A stretch of 64,000 nucleotides of DNA, from the NCBI GenBank assembly GCA_963801165.1, contig CAWDDT010000005.1:160001-224000 (forward strand), read 5' to 3'. Positions 21,228 through 30,723 of this stretch are shown piece by piece. Both the position numbers and the translations under genes were made by a program. Position 1 is the first letter of the stretch. Each line of letters begins with the position of its first letter. The notes beneath the pieces are model-generated. The model was not told where the DNA came from, did not search any database, and worked only from the letters and a program-made list of their open reading frames with translations. This DNA is from an uncultured bacterium. Its GTDB lineage: Bacteria > Actinomycetota > Acidimicrobiia > Spongiisociales > UBA5794.

Positions 21228-22172
21228 TTACCCGACGCGCTCGACATCCCGCGAACCGGGGGAGTCCGGTTGGGTGACCCGGGAGGAGGCGGCCTTCGAC
21301 AGATGGACGAACAGAATGCCGGCGAGCACCAGAATCGACCCGAGAATCTGGCCGATGCTCATGGACTCGCCCAGGATGATGAAGGCGAAGATCGGCACCT
21401 CGATGACCTGCGCCGACCCGATGATGCCGGCGTGCAGTGCGTTGAGAGTGCGCATCGCCATGTGCCAGAGGGTGAAAGCCAGAGCGGTGTTGATGACACC
21501 CAGGACGAGGATGAGGCCGATCTGCTCCCAACCCAGATGGGGGAAAGGCTCGACGAAGCGTGACACGACAAAGAGCCCGGCACTGCCCATGACCATGGGA
21601 ATGAGCGCCGCATCCAGGGCGCTTATCGTGCCGCCGCGCATCACCTGGCGCTGTACCGAGTTCGACCCACCGACGCCTATTGCCGCCACCATCGCCAGCC
21701 CGATGCCAACAGCCGCGTCACCATGGGGTACCGCCGGGTAGAAGAGAAAGATGCCACCGATCAACACGGCGATGCCCAGCCACTCCCATCGGGAGGTGGC
21801 CTCTTTGAGGAACACGCCCGCAAGCAGCGCCGTGACCAAGGGGATACCCGCTTGGAACACGAAGTTGAAGGTGATGGCGTCGACGATGTCGAGCGAGATG
21901 AACTGTGCCGCGGGAACGATCCCATACAGCATCACCCCGAGCACGATCAGCCATCGCCACGAGGTCCGTCCCGCCCTCGGAACCGGCGACCCCTGGCTGA
22001 TCGCTCGCCAAACGATTAGGGCACCCGCACCGACCAGATACCGAAATGACGCAAACGTCAGGCGGGGAATGTCCTGTAGGCCGAGTTTGACCAGGACGAT
22101 CGCCGCCGCCCACAGGATGGAAGTGGCAACCGCATACGCAACGGCCCGGGGCAGCGACGGCCGCCCGCTCAC
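21228..22172 (-). CDS. DMT/EamA family transporter
   Basis: About 10 TM in two EamA repeats; GTG overlaps the upstream stop. Confidence 0.9.
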   Translation of the reverse strand: MSGRPSLPRAVAYAVATSILWAAAIVLVKLGLQDIPRLTFASFRYLVGAGALIVWRAISQGSPVPRAGRTSWRWLIVLGVMLYGIVPAAQFISLDIVDAITFNFVFQAGIPLVTALLAGVFLKEATSRWEWLGIAVLIGGIFLFYPAVPHGDAAVGIGLAMVAAIGVGGSNSVQRQVMRGGTISALDAALIPMVMGSAGLFVVSRFVEPFPHLGWEQIGLILVLGVINTALAFTLWHMAMRTLNALHAGIIGSAQVIEVPIFAFIILGESMSIGQILGSILVLAGILFVHLSKAASSRVTQPDSPGSRDVERVG

Positions 22173-23233
22173 GTAGGCACCAGGGCGTCGGTAAACAGCG
22201 CCTCCACCCGGCGCATGACCTCGGCCGCGTCTCCCGGTTCGTTTGCGTAGTCGAGTTCGGAAGTATCGATACGGAGGACGGGCACCGACTTCTCGGCGTC
22301 GGCCCACCGTTCGTATCGCTGGTAGACATTACTGAGGAAACCCAGGTCGAGATCGCGCTCCCCCATTCGATCCCGACCCCGGATACGCTCTACGGTCAGC
22401 TCGAAAGGGGCCGTCAGGTACAGGATGAGATCGGGTTGCGGCACGTTCTCCAGCAGGCCACGCGCCAGCGTCATCAAGGTCTCAAGATCGTCGTCGTCGA
22501 GGGCACCCTGATCGTGCATGACCCGGTTGAACACCTCAGCGTCCTCCGACAGGCAACGCTCCTGGAGGATCGCACCGGGCACATGGCGTGCCGAGTTGTG
22601 CAGCGCCGCCCGCTGGCCGAGATAGAACGCCTGGTTGCGAAAAGCGTAGTCGGACAGGTTGGCGTACACCTTGGAGAGGTACGGATTCTCCATTACCGGT
22701 TCGGGAAGCACCGTCCAGATCCCGGTCCTCGCCAGGAGGTCGATGAGCGTCGTCTTGCCGACGCCCAGAGGGCCGGACACCACGACATACGATCGCTCGA
22801 GACGCCGCAGGTCGATAGTCGCCTCGCCTGTTCGCAGATCGATGACAACGCGCTCTTCAGCGAGCATCTTCCGCAACCCGTCGAGACTGCGGGCAATCCG
22901 GCTGTCGAGGATGCCCTCTACGATGCGACCGTGGCCGTTCCCGTGATAGCCACTGGTGCTCAACCCGACACACAGCTTGCCCCGACCGTATGCGATCCCG
23001 GCCTCGGCGGCGCAGCCGCCGTCGAGGTTCACGACCACCAGGTCGGCCTCCTCGATCGCGCGGACGCTCTTGTTGAACACCCCGTTGCCCGTAGGGGTCG
23101 TGCCGTCGTTCGGGACAATGGTCTCGAAACCGAGCTCCGCCAGCAGGTTCGTCACGGCCAGGTGCGAGACTCTCCCCCGCTTGGCTGCTCCCGCGATGTA
23201 GCAGGCCCGGGGCAGGCGTTCACGATTCACCAC
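22169..23233 (-). CDS. fusion of a nucleoside 2-deoxyribosyltransferase-like domain and a deoxynucleoside kinase
   Basis: N-terminus YIAG...AIEEADLVVVNLDGGCAAEAGIAYGRGK; C-terminus GPLGVGKTT, EPVMENPYL, QERCLSED, PDLILYL, RIRGRDR. Confidence 0.82.
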   Translation of the reverse strand: MVNRERLPRACYIAGAAKRGRVSHLAVTNLLAELGFETIVPNDGTTPTGNGVFNKSVRAIEEADLVVVNLDGGCAAEAGIAYGRGKLCVGLSTSGYHGNGHGRIVEGILDSRIARSLDGLRKMLAEERVVIDLRTGEATIDLRRLERSYVVVSGPLGVGKTTLIDLLARTGIWTVLPEPVMENPYLSKVYANLSDYAFRNQAFYLGQRAALHNSARHVPGAILQERCLSEDAEVFNRVMHDQGALDDDDLETLMTLARGLLENVPQPDLILYLTAPFELTVERIRGRDRMGERDLDLGFLSNVYQRYERWADAEKSVPVLRIDTSELDYANEPGDAAEVMRRVEALFTDALVPT

Positions 23234-23361
23234 TTTGTTCACCTCTCGGTGGCCCGCACGCCACTTGATGAGGACAGTAGCGAGAACTGGCGAGCTAGCC
23301 GATGGGAATTCGGCCCGATCACCACTGCCAATGGGCCCGGTGCCACAGTTAGTGTGATGGC

Positions 23362-24324
23362 ATGCCAATCGAGATCCTGCTGCTGCTTGCGCTCCCCGCT
23401 TCCGGTAAGTCGGAGTTGCGCCGCTATCTGGAATCGCTCGATGCCGAGACGGCTAGACGCGACCTGGGGCTGGGTCCTACGGTTCAGCTCGACGACTATC
23501 CCTACGTCCACATCATGCGACGTATCGGTGAGGAGACCCGTGCCGCCGGTGACGAACCGCTCTTCTTCGCCTCGAGCGATGAGCCCTTCCTCGACCCACG
23601 GGACTGGGACACGCTCATCTACCTGCTCAACTTCGATTACGCCGACCTCCACGACCCGCCCCAACCGCCGACCGGCGGCACCGCGGCCACCTGGTTGTTC
23701 GACCGCATCGACCGTGCCCGTAGCAAGGCGGGCTTGCCGAGGGCGCTCACCGCCCTTGCACCACTTACCCGCAAGAGGCTCGAGACGGCCCTCGAATCGG
23801 AGGCGCAGGCCGTCTTCGCCGAAAAGACCGCGGCGATCCCCAAGAGCCTCGATAGCAAGACTGTCGTCATCGAGTTTGCCCGGGGCGGCCCGGAGGGGTC
23901 GGCTCTCCCCCTCCCGGAGCCATACGGCTACGAGCATGCTCTCCCTTTGCTCAGTCGCGAGATCCTCCAAAAGGCCAGGATCCTCTACGTGTGGGTCGAG
24001 CCTGAGGAGAGTCGCCGAAAGAACGCTGCCAGGGCGATCCCGGGTCGTGAGGGTGACGCCTCGATCCTGCATCATGGAGTTCCGGAGACGGTAATGCGCA
24101 ACGAATACGGGATTGACGACCTCATGTGGTTGCTCGCCGCCTCGGGTGGCAGCGTGGTCGCGGTTACAAAGGACGACGAGCATTTCGCCCTGCCGACAGG
24201 CGTCTTCGACAACCGCACCGACCTCACGTCGTTCCTGCGCGGAGACCCCGACGGCTGGTCCCTCTTTCGGGTCCGCCGGCTCCATCAGGAGCTTGTGAAC
24301 TCGACGGCGGGCTTCCGGGTATGA
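23362..24324 (+). CDS. uncharacterised P-loop NTPase (nucleotide-kinase-like fold)
   Basis: LLALPASGKSE Walker A, VVIEFARG, ILYVWVEPEESRRKN. Confidence 0.7.
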   Translation: MPIEILLLLALPASGKSELRRYLESLDAETARRDLGLGPTVQLDDYPYVHIMRRIGEETRAAGDEPLFFASSDEPFLDPRDWDTLIYLLNFDYADLHDPPQPPTGGTAATWLFDRIDRARSKAGLPRALTALAPLTRKRLETALESEAQAVFAEKTAAIPKSLDSKTVVIEFARGGPEGSALPLPEPYGYEHALPLLSREILQKARILYVWVEPEESRRKNAARAIPGREGDASILHHGVPETVMRNEYGIDDLMWLLAASGGSVVAVTKDDEHFALPTGVFDNRTDLTSFLRGDPDGWSLFRVRRLHQELVNSTAGFRV

Positions 24325-24332
24325 CACGCGAC

Positions 24333-24361
24333 AAAGCCCCCGGATGGTCTCCGAGGGCTTT
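24333..24361 (-). terminator. intrinsic terminator downstream of mscL (possibly bidirectional)
   Basis: Minus strand AAAGCCCTCGGA-gacca-TCCGGGGGCTTT, between convergent genes. Confidence 0.75.
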
Positions 24362-24395
24362 GGATCAGGAGTGAAAGTCGTTACTTCTTGAGAGA

Positions 24396-24785
24396 TTACT
24401 TCTTGAGAGCGTCCCGGATCTCCCTGAGCAGTGCCACCCGCTCGTCGTCGACGGATGCAGCCTCGGTCTCTCCACCGGCCATCTTCATGTTCTTGTAGGC
24501 CTCGTAGGGCTTGATGATCAGGAAGAAGACACCGAACGCTATCGCAAGGAAAGTCACCAGGGAAGTGATAAACGAGCCGTAGTAGATGGCCGCATCTCTC
24601 AGGTGCCAGACGAGACCGCTGAAGTCCGTCGTCCCGAAGATGATCGCCACAATCGGCATGATGATGTCATTAACGACAGCACTGATGACATTGGCAAAGG
24701 CCACGGCCATGACGAAGGCGACGGCCAACCCGATGATGTCACCGCGGAAGGCGAATGCCTTGAAATCCTCGTAGAGCTTCTTCAT
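24396..24785 (-). CDS. mscL: large-conductance mechanosensitive channel
   Basis: FKAFAFRGDIIGLAVAFV, DIIMP, YGSFI, LLREIRDAL. Confidence 0.95.
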   Translation of the reverse strand: MKKLYEDFKAFAFRGDIIGLAVAFVMAVAFANVISAVVNDIIMPIVAIIFGTTDFSGLVWHLRDAAIYYGSFITSLVTFLAIAFGVFFLIIKPYEAYKNMKMAGGETEAASVDDERVALLREIRDALKK

Positions 24786-24863
24786 TTACCCGCTCCTTGC
24801 TCTTTCGTATAGACGGAATGTACTCCTTTTCTTAGACCCGCCGCGTATTCAAAGGTTTCAGGA

Positions 24864-25334
24864 TTACAGAATCCACGGAAGCACCCGGTAGCGGACCCGC
24901 TGCCGGTACTCGGCATACTCGGGGAAGCGGGCCATGAGCATCCTCTCCTCGGCCCTGGTCTTGGCATAGAAGAACGGGATCAGCGGTAGCGAGAGCGCCA
25001 GAGCAGGCAAGTTGCCGCCTCTGATTGCCAGCCCGGCAAACCCCAGGATCAGCCCTCCGTAGATAGGGTGACGAACGATCAGATAGGGACCACGCTGCCG
25101 CAGCTCCCCATCTTCGAGCGGCGCCGGCATCGCGGTGAGCTGGCTCCGGATCACCCACAGGCCGCCGACACAGAGGAGGGCCCCGCAGGCGATCAGAACC
25201 CACCCGGTCGCCTTCCACAGAAGAACTGCATCGTGGGTTCCGCTGAGCGCCACAAGAATGACACCAAACCATATGAATTGGCCGACGACCCACCAGCCGC
25301 CACGCTCCCGAAACGACACAGACTTGATAGCCAT
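24864..25334 (-). CDS. isoprenylcysteine carboxyl methyltransferase (ICMT/PEMT) family membrane protein
   Basis: GPYLIVRHPIYGG, EERML..FPEYAEY. Confidence 0.88.
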   Translation of the reverse strand: MAIKSVSFRERGGWWVVGQFIWFGVILVALSGTHDAVLLWKATGWVLIACGALLCVGGLWVIRSQLTAMPAPLEDGELRQRGPYLIVRHPIYGGLILGFAGLAIRGGNLPALALSLPLIPFFYAKTRAEERMLMARFPEYAEYRQRVRYRVLPWIL

Positions 25335-25353
25335 AGACTTAGATTTCTTGAAT
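25323..25353 (+). promoter_or_regulatory. HAIR-like site(s) upstream of clpB
   Basis: CTTGATA-N7-ACTTAGA (25323-25343) and a CTTGAAT half-site 24 nt downstream. Confidence 0.55.
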
Positions 25354-25412
25354 ATTCGTGGTAGAGTCGGTGTTGTCTATAGCGAAAACTCCTTCAGAGG
25401 GACCATTCTTCC

Positions 25413-27989
25413 ATGGACATAAACGCATTTACCCAGAAATCACAGCAAGCAATACTGGCCGCTCGGCAGAGCGCCCAACGACGCAACCACCAGACAGTAC
25501 AGCCGTTTCACCTGCTCGACGCGTTGCTCGGCCAGACCGACACCATCTTCTACCCGTTGCTCGGGCACCTCGGGATAAACCCCGCCGATATTCGCAAGAC
25601 GACCGAGGACCGGCTGTCCGCTATTCCCAAGGTGTACGGCGACACCGGCGAGGTGGCGTTCGCCCCGGCGACGCTGACCATCTTCGACACCGCCGATTCC
25701 ATCAAGAGCGGAATGGGCGACCAATACGTGTCGGTCGAGCATCTACTGCTTGCCCTGGCCACCGCCTCCGACCCGATCGGAGACGTACTCAGGAATCTGG
25801 GGCTCACCAGGGACGCCATCATGGCCGCGGTGGAGACCATACGCGGTGCCCAGCGGGTCACCAGCCAGAACCCGGAGGACACGCTCGAGCCGCTCGAGAA
25901 GTTCGGGCGCGACCTGGTCCGCCAGGCGGCCGAGGGCAAGCTCGATCCGGTTATCGGCCGTGACGAGGAGATCCGTCGCGTCATCCAGGTGCTGTCCCGG
26001 CGCACCAAGAACAACCCGGTGCTCATCGGCGAGCCGGGCGTCGGCAAGACTGCGATCGCCGAGGGTCTCGCCCAGCGCATCGTCGACGGTGACGTACCAG
26101 AAGGCCTCAAGGACAAGCGGCTCATCGCCCTCGACCTCAGCGCCATGGTTGCCGGTGCCAAGTTTCGGGGCGAATTCGAGGAGCGGCTCAAGGCCACCCT
26201 CGACGAGATCAAGGCCGCCGAGGGCCGGATCATCACCTTTATCGACGAGATGCACACCATCGTCGGTGCCGGTGCTGCCGAGGGCTCCATGGACGCGTCC
26301 AACATGCTCAAGCCGATGCTGGCCCGCGGCGAGCTGCACATGATCGGAGCCACCACGCTCGACGAGTACCGCAAGTACGTCGAGAAGGACCCGGCGCTGG
26401 AGCGTCGTTTCGCACCCGTCGTCATCGAGCCGCCATCGGTCGAGGACACCGTCGGCATCCTCCGCGGGCTCAAGGAGCGCTACGAGGTGCACCACGGGGT
26501 TCGCATCACCGACTCGGCGATCGTCGCCGCCGCGGTCCTTTCCGATCGCTATATAACGGCCCGGCACCTCCCCGACAAGGCCATCGACTTGATCGACGAG
26601 GCAGCGTCACGGCTTCGTATCGAGATCGACTCGATGCCGGAGGAGATCGACGAGCTGGAGCGCCGCCGCCGCCAGCTCGAGATCGAGCGCAACGCCCTCG
26701 CCAAAGAGGACGACAGCGCCTCCAAGCTGCGTCTGGCCGGGATCGACGAGGAGCTGGCGACTCTCGGTGAGGATCTCGACCGGCTGGTAGCTCACTGGAC
26801 GCTCGAAAAAGAGCACATTCAGGCGATCCAGGCCGCCAAGCAGGAGATCGAGGAGGCACGGGCGCGAGCTGAGCGCACCGAGCGTGCCGGCGATCTGCAG
26901 GCGGCCGCAGAGCTTCGATACGGCAAGCTCCCCGAGCTGCAGCGCACTCTCGAAGCGCGGCAGGAGGAGCTGGCCAAGCTCCAGTCGAACCTGCGGATGC
27001 TCAAAGAGGAGGTCGACGAGGAAGATGTTGCGGAGGTCGTCAGCCGCTGGACCGGGGTCCCGGTGAGCCGGCTGATGGAAGGCGAGATCGAGAAGCTGAT
27101 CCGTCTCGAAGACCACTTGCACCGTCGGCTCGTCGGTCAAGACGAGGCGGTCACCGTCGTGGCCAACGCCATTCGGCGCAGCCGGGCAGGTCTGTCGGAT
27201 CCGCACCGGCCCATTGGCTCATTCATCTTCCTCGGACCGACCGGTGTCGGCAAGACCGAGCTGGCCAGGGCACTTGCCGACTTCCTGTTCGACGACGAGC
27301 GGGCCATGGTCCGTATCGACATGTCGGAGTACATGGAGAAGCACTCGGTGTCGCGGCTCATCGGTGCACCCCCTGGTTACGTGGGGTACGACGAGGGTGG
27401 CCAGCTCACCGAAGCGGTGCGACGACGTCCCTATGCGGTCATCCTGCTCGACGAGATCGAGAAGGCCCATCCCGACGTGTTCAACACGCTGCTCCAGCTG
27501 ATGGACGACGGGCGTCTCACCGACGGGCAGGGCAGGACGGTCGACTTCACCAACGCGGTGCTGATCATGACGTCCAACCTGGGCTCGGAGTTCATCGACC
27601 CCGACCTCCCCGACGAGACGGTGGAGGACCGGGTCATGACGGTGGTGCGCAACCACTTCCGACCCGAGTTCCTCAACCGGGTCGATGACATCGTGGTGTT
27701 CTCCCGGCTGACCCGGGAGGATCTACGCCAGATCGTAGACATCCAGTTCGACATCCTGAGCAAGCGGCTGGCGTCGCGACGCATCGAGCTCCGGCTGAGC
27801 GACGATGCTGCCACCTGGCTGGCCGAGCACGGCTACGACGCCAGCTTCGGCGCCCGCCCGCTCAAGCGTCTCATGCAGACCGAGATTGCCGACAAGCTGG
27901 CGCTCGAGCTGCTCGCAGGTCGCTTCAGCGACGGCGACACCGTCGAGGTGATCGTGGATGACGACGAGTTGGGGTTCACCAAGCGATGA
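25413..27989 (+). CDS. clpB: ATP-dependent disaggregase ClpB
   Basis: Two AAA+ modules ([16 protein letters not shown]) and a coiled-coil M domain. Confidence 0.98.
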   Translation: MDINAFTQKSQQAILAARQSAQRRNHQTVQPFHLLDALLGQTDTIFYPLLGHLGINPADIRKTTEDRLSAIPKVYGDTGEVAFAPATLTIFDTADSIKSGMGDQYVSVEHLLLALATASDPIGDVLRNLGLTRDAIMAAVETIRGAQRVTSQNPEDTLEPLEKFGRDLVRQAAEGKLDPVIGRDEEIRRVIQVLSRRTKNNPVLIGEPGVGKTAIAEGLAQRIVDGDVPEGLKDKRLIALDLSAMVAGAKFRGEFEERLKATLDEIKAAEGRIITFIDEMHTIVGAGAAEGSMDASNMLKPMLARGELHMIGATTLDEYRKYVEKDPALERRFAPVVIEPPSVEDTVGILRGLKERYEVHHGVRITDSAIVAAAVLSDRYITARHLPDKAIDLIDEAASRLRIEIDSMPEEIDELERRRRQLEIERNALAKEDDSASKLRLAGIDEELATLGEDLDRLVAHWTLEKEHIQAIQAAKQEIEEARARAERTERAGDLQAAAELRYGKLPELQRTLEARQEELAKLQSNLRMLKEEVDEEDVAEVVSRWTGVPVSRLMEGEIEKLIRLEDHLHRRLVGQDEAVTVVANAIRRSRAGLSDPHRPIGSFIFLGPTGVGKTELARALADFLFDDERAMVRIDMSEYMEKHSVSRLIGAPPGYVGYDEGGQLTEAVRRRPYAVILLDEIEKAHPDVFNTLLQLMDDGRLTDGQGRTVDFTNAVLIMTSNLGSEFIDPDLPDETVEDRVMTVVRNHFRPEFLNRVDDIVVFSRLTREDLRQIVDIQFDILSKRLASRRIELRLSDDAATWLAEHGYDASFGARPLKRLMQTEIADKLALELLAGRFSDGDTVEVIVDDDELGFTKR

Positions 27990-28092
27990 CGGAAGACCCT
28001 GCGCAAGGCAGGGCCTTCACAATTGGATCGAGCGTGGGACGGGAACGACCGGACTCGATAACGAAATCCCTCGAGCTGCGGGCGGGTAGCCT

Positions 28093-28734
28093 GTGCCGAT
28101 GCCCGACGGGTCATCGATCGTCCTGTTCGCCCTTGCCGCGCTCGCCCTACTCCTGATGCCCGGCCCGGCGGTGCTCTACATCGTCACCAGGAGCATCGAC
28201 CAGGGACGTGGTGCGGGTCTCGTCTCCGTCGTCGGCGTAGGTATGGGCTCGATGGTCCATGTTGTCGCCGCGGCCCTCGGCCTGTCGGCTGTCCTCCTCC
28301 AGTCGGCGCTTGCCTTCCGCACGGTCAAGTACGCCGGTGCGGCGTATCTGGTGTATCTGGGCGTACGGCGTCTGCTCGGGAAGGGCGAACTCGCCGTCGA
28401 ACCGACCGGTTCGCCGCGCTCCCTGCGACGGGTGTTCGTCCAGGGCGTCGTGGTGAACATCCTCAACCCGAAAACAGCGTTGTTCTTCCTTGCGTTCCTA
28501 CCGCAATTCGTAAACGTCGGCGGGGCTCCGATCGGCTTCCAGATCCTCTTCCTCGGGACTCTGATGATCAGCATGGGCATCGTCACCGATGGGCTGTACG
28601 CCCTTGCTGCAGGGAGCATCGGCGGGTGGCTGAAGCGCCGGCCAGGGGTGATATCCGGCCAGCGCTACGTGACCGGCGGAATCCTCATCTCGCTCGGACT
28701 GGCTGCCGCCTTCGCTGGGGGCAAGGAGAGCTAG
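28093..28734 (+). CDS. LysE/RhtB family exporter
   Basis: PGPAVLYIV, KYAGAAYLVYLG, NILNPKTALFFLAFLPQF. Confidence 0.93.
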   Translation: MPMPDGSSIVLFALAALALLLMPGPAVLYIVTRSIDQGRGAGLVSVVGVGMGSMVHVVAAALGLSAVLLQSALAFRTVKYAGAAYLVYLGVRRLLGKGELAVEPTGSPRSLRRVFVQGVVVNILNPKTALFFLAFLPQFVNVGGAPIGFQILFLGTLMISMGIVTDGLYALAAGSIGGWLKRRPGVISGQRYVTGGILISLGLAAAFAGGKES

Positions 28735-29342
28735 GCCTCTGTGGTCTCGAACAAGACTTCGGTGTACCCGACCCCGCGGAGGAAGTTCTCGATCGTGATC
28801 TTGGCATTCTCTTCCGCCTTGTCCATGATGCCGTGCTCCATTGCCGAGTTGACCAGGACCTGCTGCGCAATCTGACGGGCGTCGCTCTCGAGATGCAGAT
28901 CACCCTTGGTGAAGAGCCCGGTGTCCCTGTCGTACACCCGGGTGGCCTCGTTGTCTACCTCGACGAAGATGATCTCCGGTGCCGGCAGCCGCACCGTGAC
29001 CGTGCCGCTCGTTTGGTCGACCTCGAAGTTCTCGGTGGTCACCGCCTCCATGTCGACGCCAGCACCAATACGGGCAACAGCGAACAGAAAGATCCGATCT
29101 CCACGGGCCCAATTGAGCCAACCGAAGTCGTTGCCCTTCTCCACGGTCGTGTACTCGACCATCTCCACCGTCGTCAGCTTCGCAACGTTCCGCACGCTGT
29201 CGACAACCGTCGGGCCCACCTGGGTGTACTTCTCTCCACCAAACGGGCCCCACCCCGCCACATTGGCGACGATGAAGAAGACGCCCGCGATGAGCACCGC
29301 GGCGATGAGTGTGGACCCTGCTCTTCGTGATGAATCGGCCAT
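28731..29342 (-). CDS. DUF4230-like membrane-anchored protein
   Basis: TM, then KLTTVE, IGAGVDM, VRLPAPEI, AEENAK..IENFLRGVGY. Confidence 0.8.
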   Translation of the reverse strand: MADSSRRAGSTLIAAVLIAGVFFIVANVAGWGPFGGEKYTQVGPTVVDSVRNVAKLTTVEMVEYTTVEKGNDFGWLNWARGDRIFLFAVARIGAGVDMEAVTTENFEVDQTSGTVTVRLPAPEIIFVEVDNEATRVYDRDTGLFTKGDLHLESDARQIAQQVLVNSAMEHGIMDKAEENAKITIENFLRGVGYTEVLFETTEA

Positions 29343-29347
29343 ATCCT

Positions 29348-29412
29348 CTCGATTGGTCCTCTCGATTGATCCGCTCGATTGATCCGCTCGATTGATCCGC
29401 TCGATTGGTCGT
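29348..29412. repeat. 13-bp tandem repeat, 5 copies (CTCGATTG[A/G]TCC[G/T]-like)
   Basis: Three perfect CTCGATTGATCCG copies flanked by two variants. Confidence 0.95.
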
Positions 29413-29484
29413 GTATCACCTTTGACCTTAGAGCGGCGGAAAAGGTTCCACGTCACAGACCGGCGGAAAAAGTCTCACCACCTC

Positions 29485-29560
29485 TTGAATTACCATGCGT
29501 TCCATGGTAGTGTGCGACGCAAGATACCCTGGTACGCAGGGTAATAAGCAAAGCAAGATA
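29485..29560 (+). promoter_or_regulatory. padR operon promoter with four phased operator sites
   Basis: TTGAAT-N17-TAGTGT; TACCATG-N5-CATGGTA, TACCCTG-N5-CAGGGTA and two degenerate copies at a 17-bp period. Confidence 0.75.
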
Positions 29561-29576
29561 GCAGACGATCCGGAGG

Positions 29577-29915
29577 ATGCGTGTGGGGCACAGCTCCCAG
29601 CTACTCAAAGGTGTTCTCGATATGTGCCTGCTGGCGCTGATAGACCAAGAGCCAAGCTACGGGTACGAGATGGTCGCAAAACTACAGCGAAACGGTCTCG
29701 AGCTCGTGAGCGAGGGGACGATCTACCCGCTGCTCAGCAGACTGCAGAAGCAAGGCTTCATCGAGGGCTACTTCGTCGAGTCGACCGGAGGTCCCCCACG
29801 CAAGTACTACCGCATCGCCGAGGAAGGCAGAGCACAGCTTGGCGACTGGCGAGCGGAATGGCATGGCTTGTCGGCAGGCGTGGAAGAGGTGTTGAATGGA
29901 GCCTCGAGTGAGTGA
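29577..29915 (+). CDS. PadR family transcriptional regulator
   Basis: SQLLKGVLDMCLL, SYGYE, EGTIYPLLSRL, GPPRKYY. Confidence 0.95.
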   Translation: MRVGHSSQLLKGVLDMCLLALIDQEPSYGYEMVAKLQRNGLELVSEGTIYPLLSRLQKQGFIEGYFVESTGGPPRKYYRIAEEGRAQLGDWRAEWHGLSAGVEEVLNGASSE

Positions 29916-30693
29916 GCGCATGAGCATCGATCGAATCCTCGCCGATTGCGAGCGTTATTGGCTCGAGACACGAGTGCCACGGTCGATATCAAATGCGATG
30001 AAACTCGAACTCGAATCGCATCTCCACGAGGCGGCCGCCGCCGGCAAGGACCCGGCGAGTGTCATCGGAGGAGATCTGGGCCAGTTTGCCGAGAGTTGGG
30101 CATCCGAGTTCCGCAACCCGGCCGCCACCGAAGTCTGGCGACGAATCCAACATCAACAGAGCCGGACGCGTGGCCGTCTGCTTGCCGCAGGGCTTACCGT
30201 TGCCGGGCTCATCACTATCGCCATCGGTCTGATGACAAAGGAGGACGCAGTGCAAGATATCGAGTTCTGGCTCTGGCTCTGGGTAGGTGCAGCCGTCGTG
30301 CTGGGCATCGGCGAGATGATGACCGCAGGGTTCTTCCTGCTGCCCTTCGCCATTGCCGCACTGATCGCGGCGGTGTTGGCTCTGCTTGGAGTCCATCCGA
30401 TCATCCAGCTCATCTCCTTTGCTGTGTTCAGCGTCGCGGCCCTCGTCGCCATCCGGCGTTTTGCCAAGAAGGACGAGGACGTCATGTACCCGGTCGGGTC
30501 CAAGCGATACGTTGATGCCCGCGGTACCGTCATCGAAACCATCGACCCCTTCAAAAACATGGGCCGGGTTCGGGTCGAGACCGAGCAGTGGCGAGCCACC
30601 ACCGATCTCAACGAGGTTATCGAAGTGGGAACGCCGATAGTGGTCAGAGACGTACGCGGCGCCCGCCTGGTCGTCGAACCTGCAGATATCTGA
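29908..30693 (+). CDS. HAAS-like N-terminal domain fused to a short NfeD protein
   Basis: ELESHLHEAAAAGKDPASVIGGDLGQFAESW, then TM, then NfeD (GEMMTAGFFLL, GRVRVETEQWRA, VRGARLVV). Confidence 0.78.
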   Translation: MSERMSIDRILADCERYWLETRVPRSISNAMKLELESHLHEAAAAGKDPASVIGGDLGQFAESWASEFRNPAATEVWRRIQHQQSRTRGRLLAAGLTVAGLITIAIGLMTKEDAVQDIEFWLWLWVGAAVVLGIGEMMTAGFFLLPFAIAALIAAVLALLGVHPIIQLISFAVFSVAALVAIRRFAKKDEDVMYPVGSKRYVDARGTVIETIDPFKNMGRVRVETEQWRATTDLNEVIEVGTPIVVRDVRGARLVVEPADI

Positions 30694-30723
30694 GACAAGA
30701 CAACGACTCGAAAGGAGCAATAA

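Noticed and set aside
24381-24409. 14-bp duplication TTACTTCTTGAGAG at the mscL stop, as a possible att site or target-site duplication
   Set aside because: The copies are adjacent with nothing inserted between them; a simple local duplication
29348-29412. Short repeat array as a possible CRISPR
   Set aside because: 13-bp units are contiguous with no spacers, and there are no cas genes
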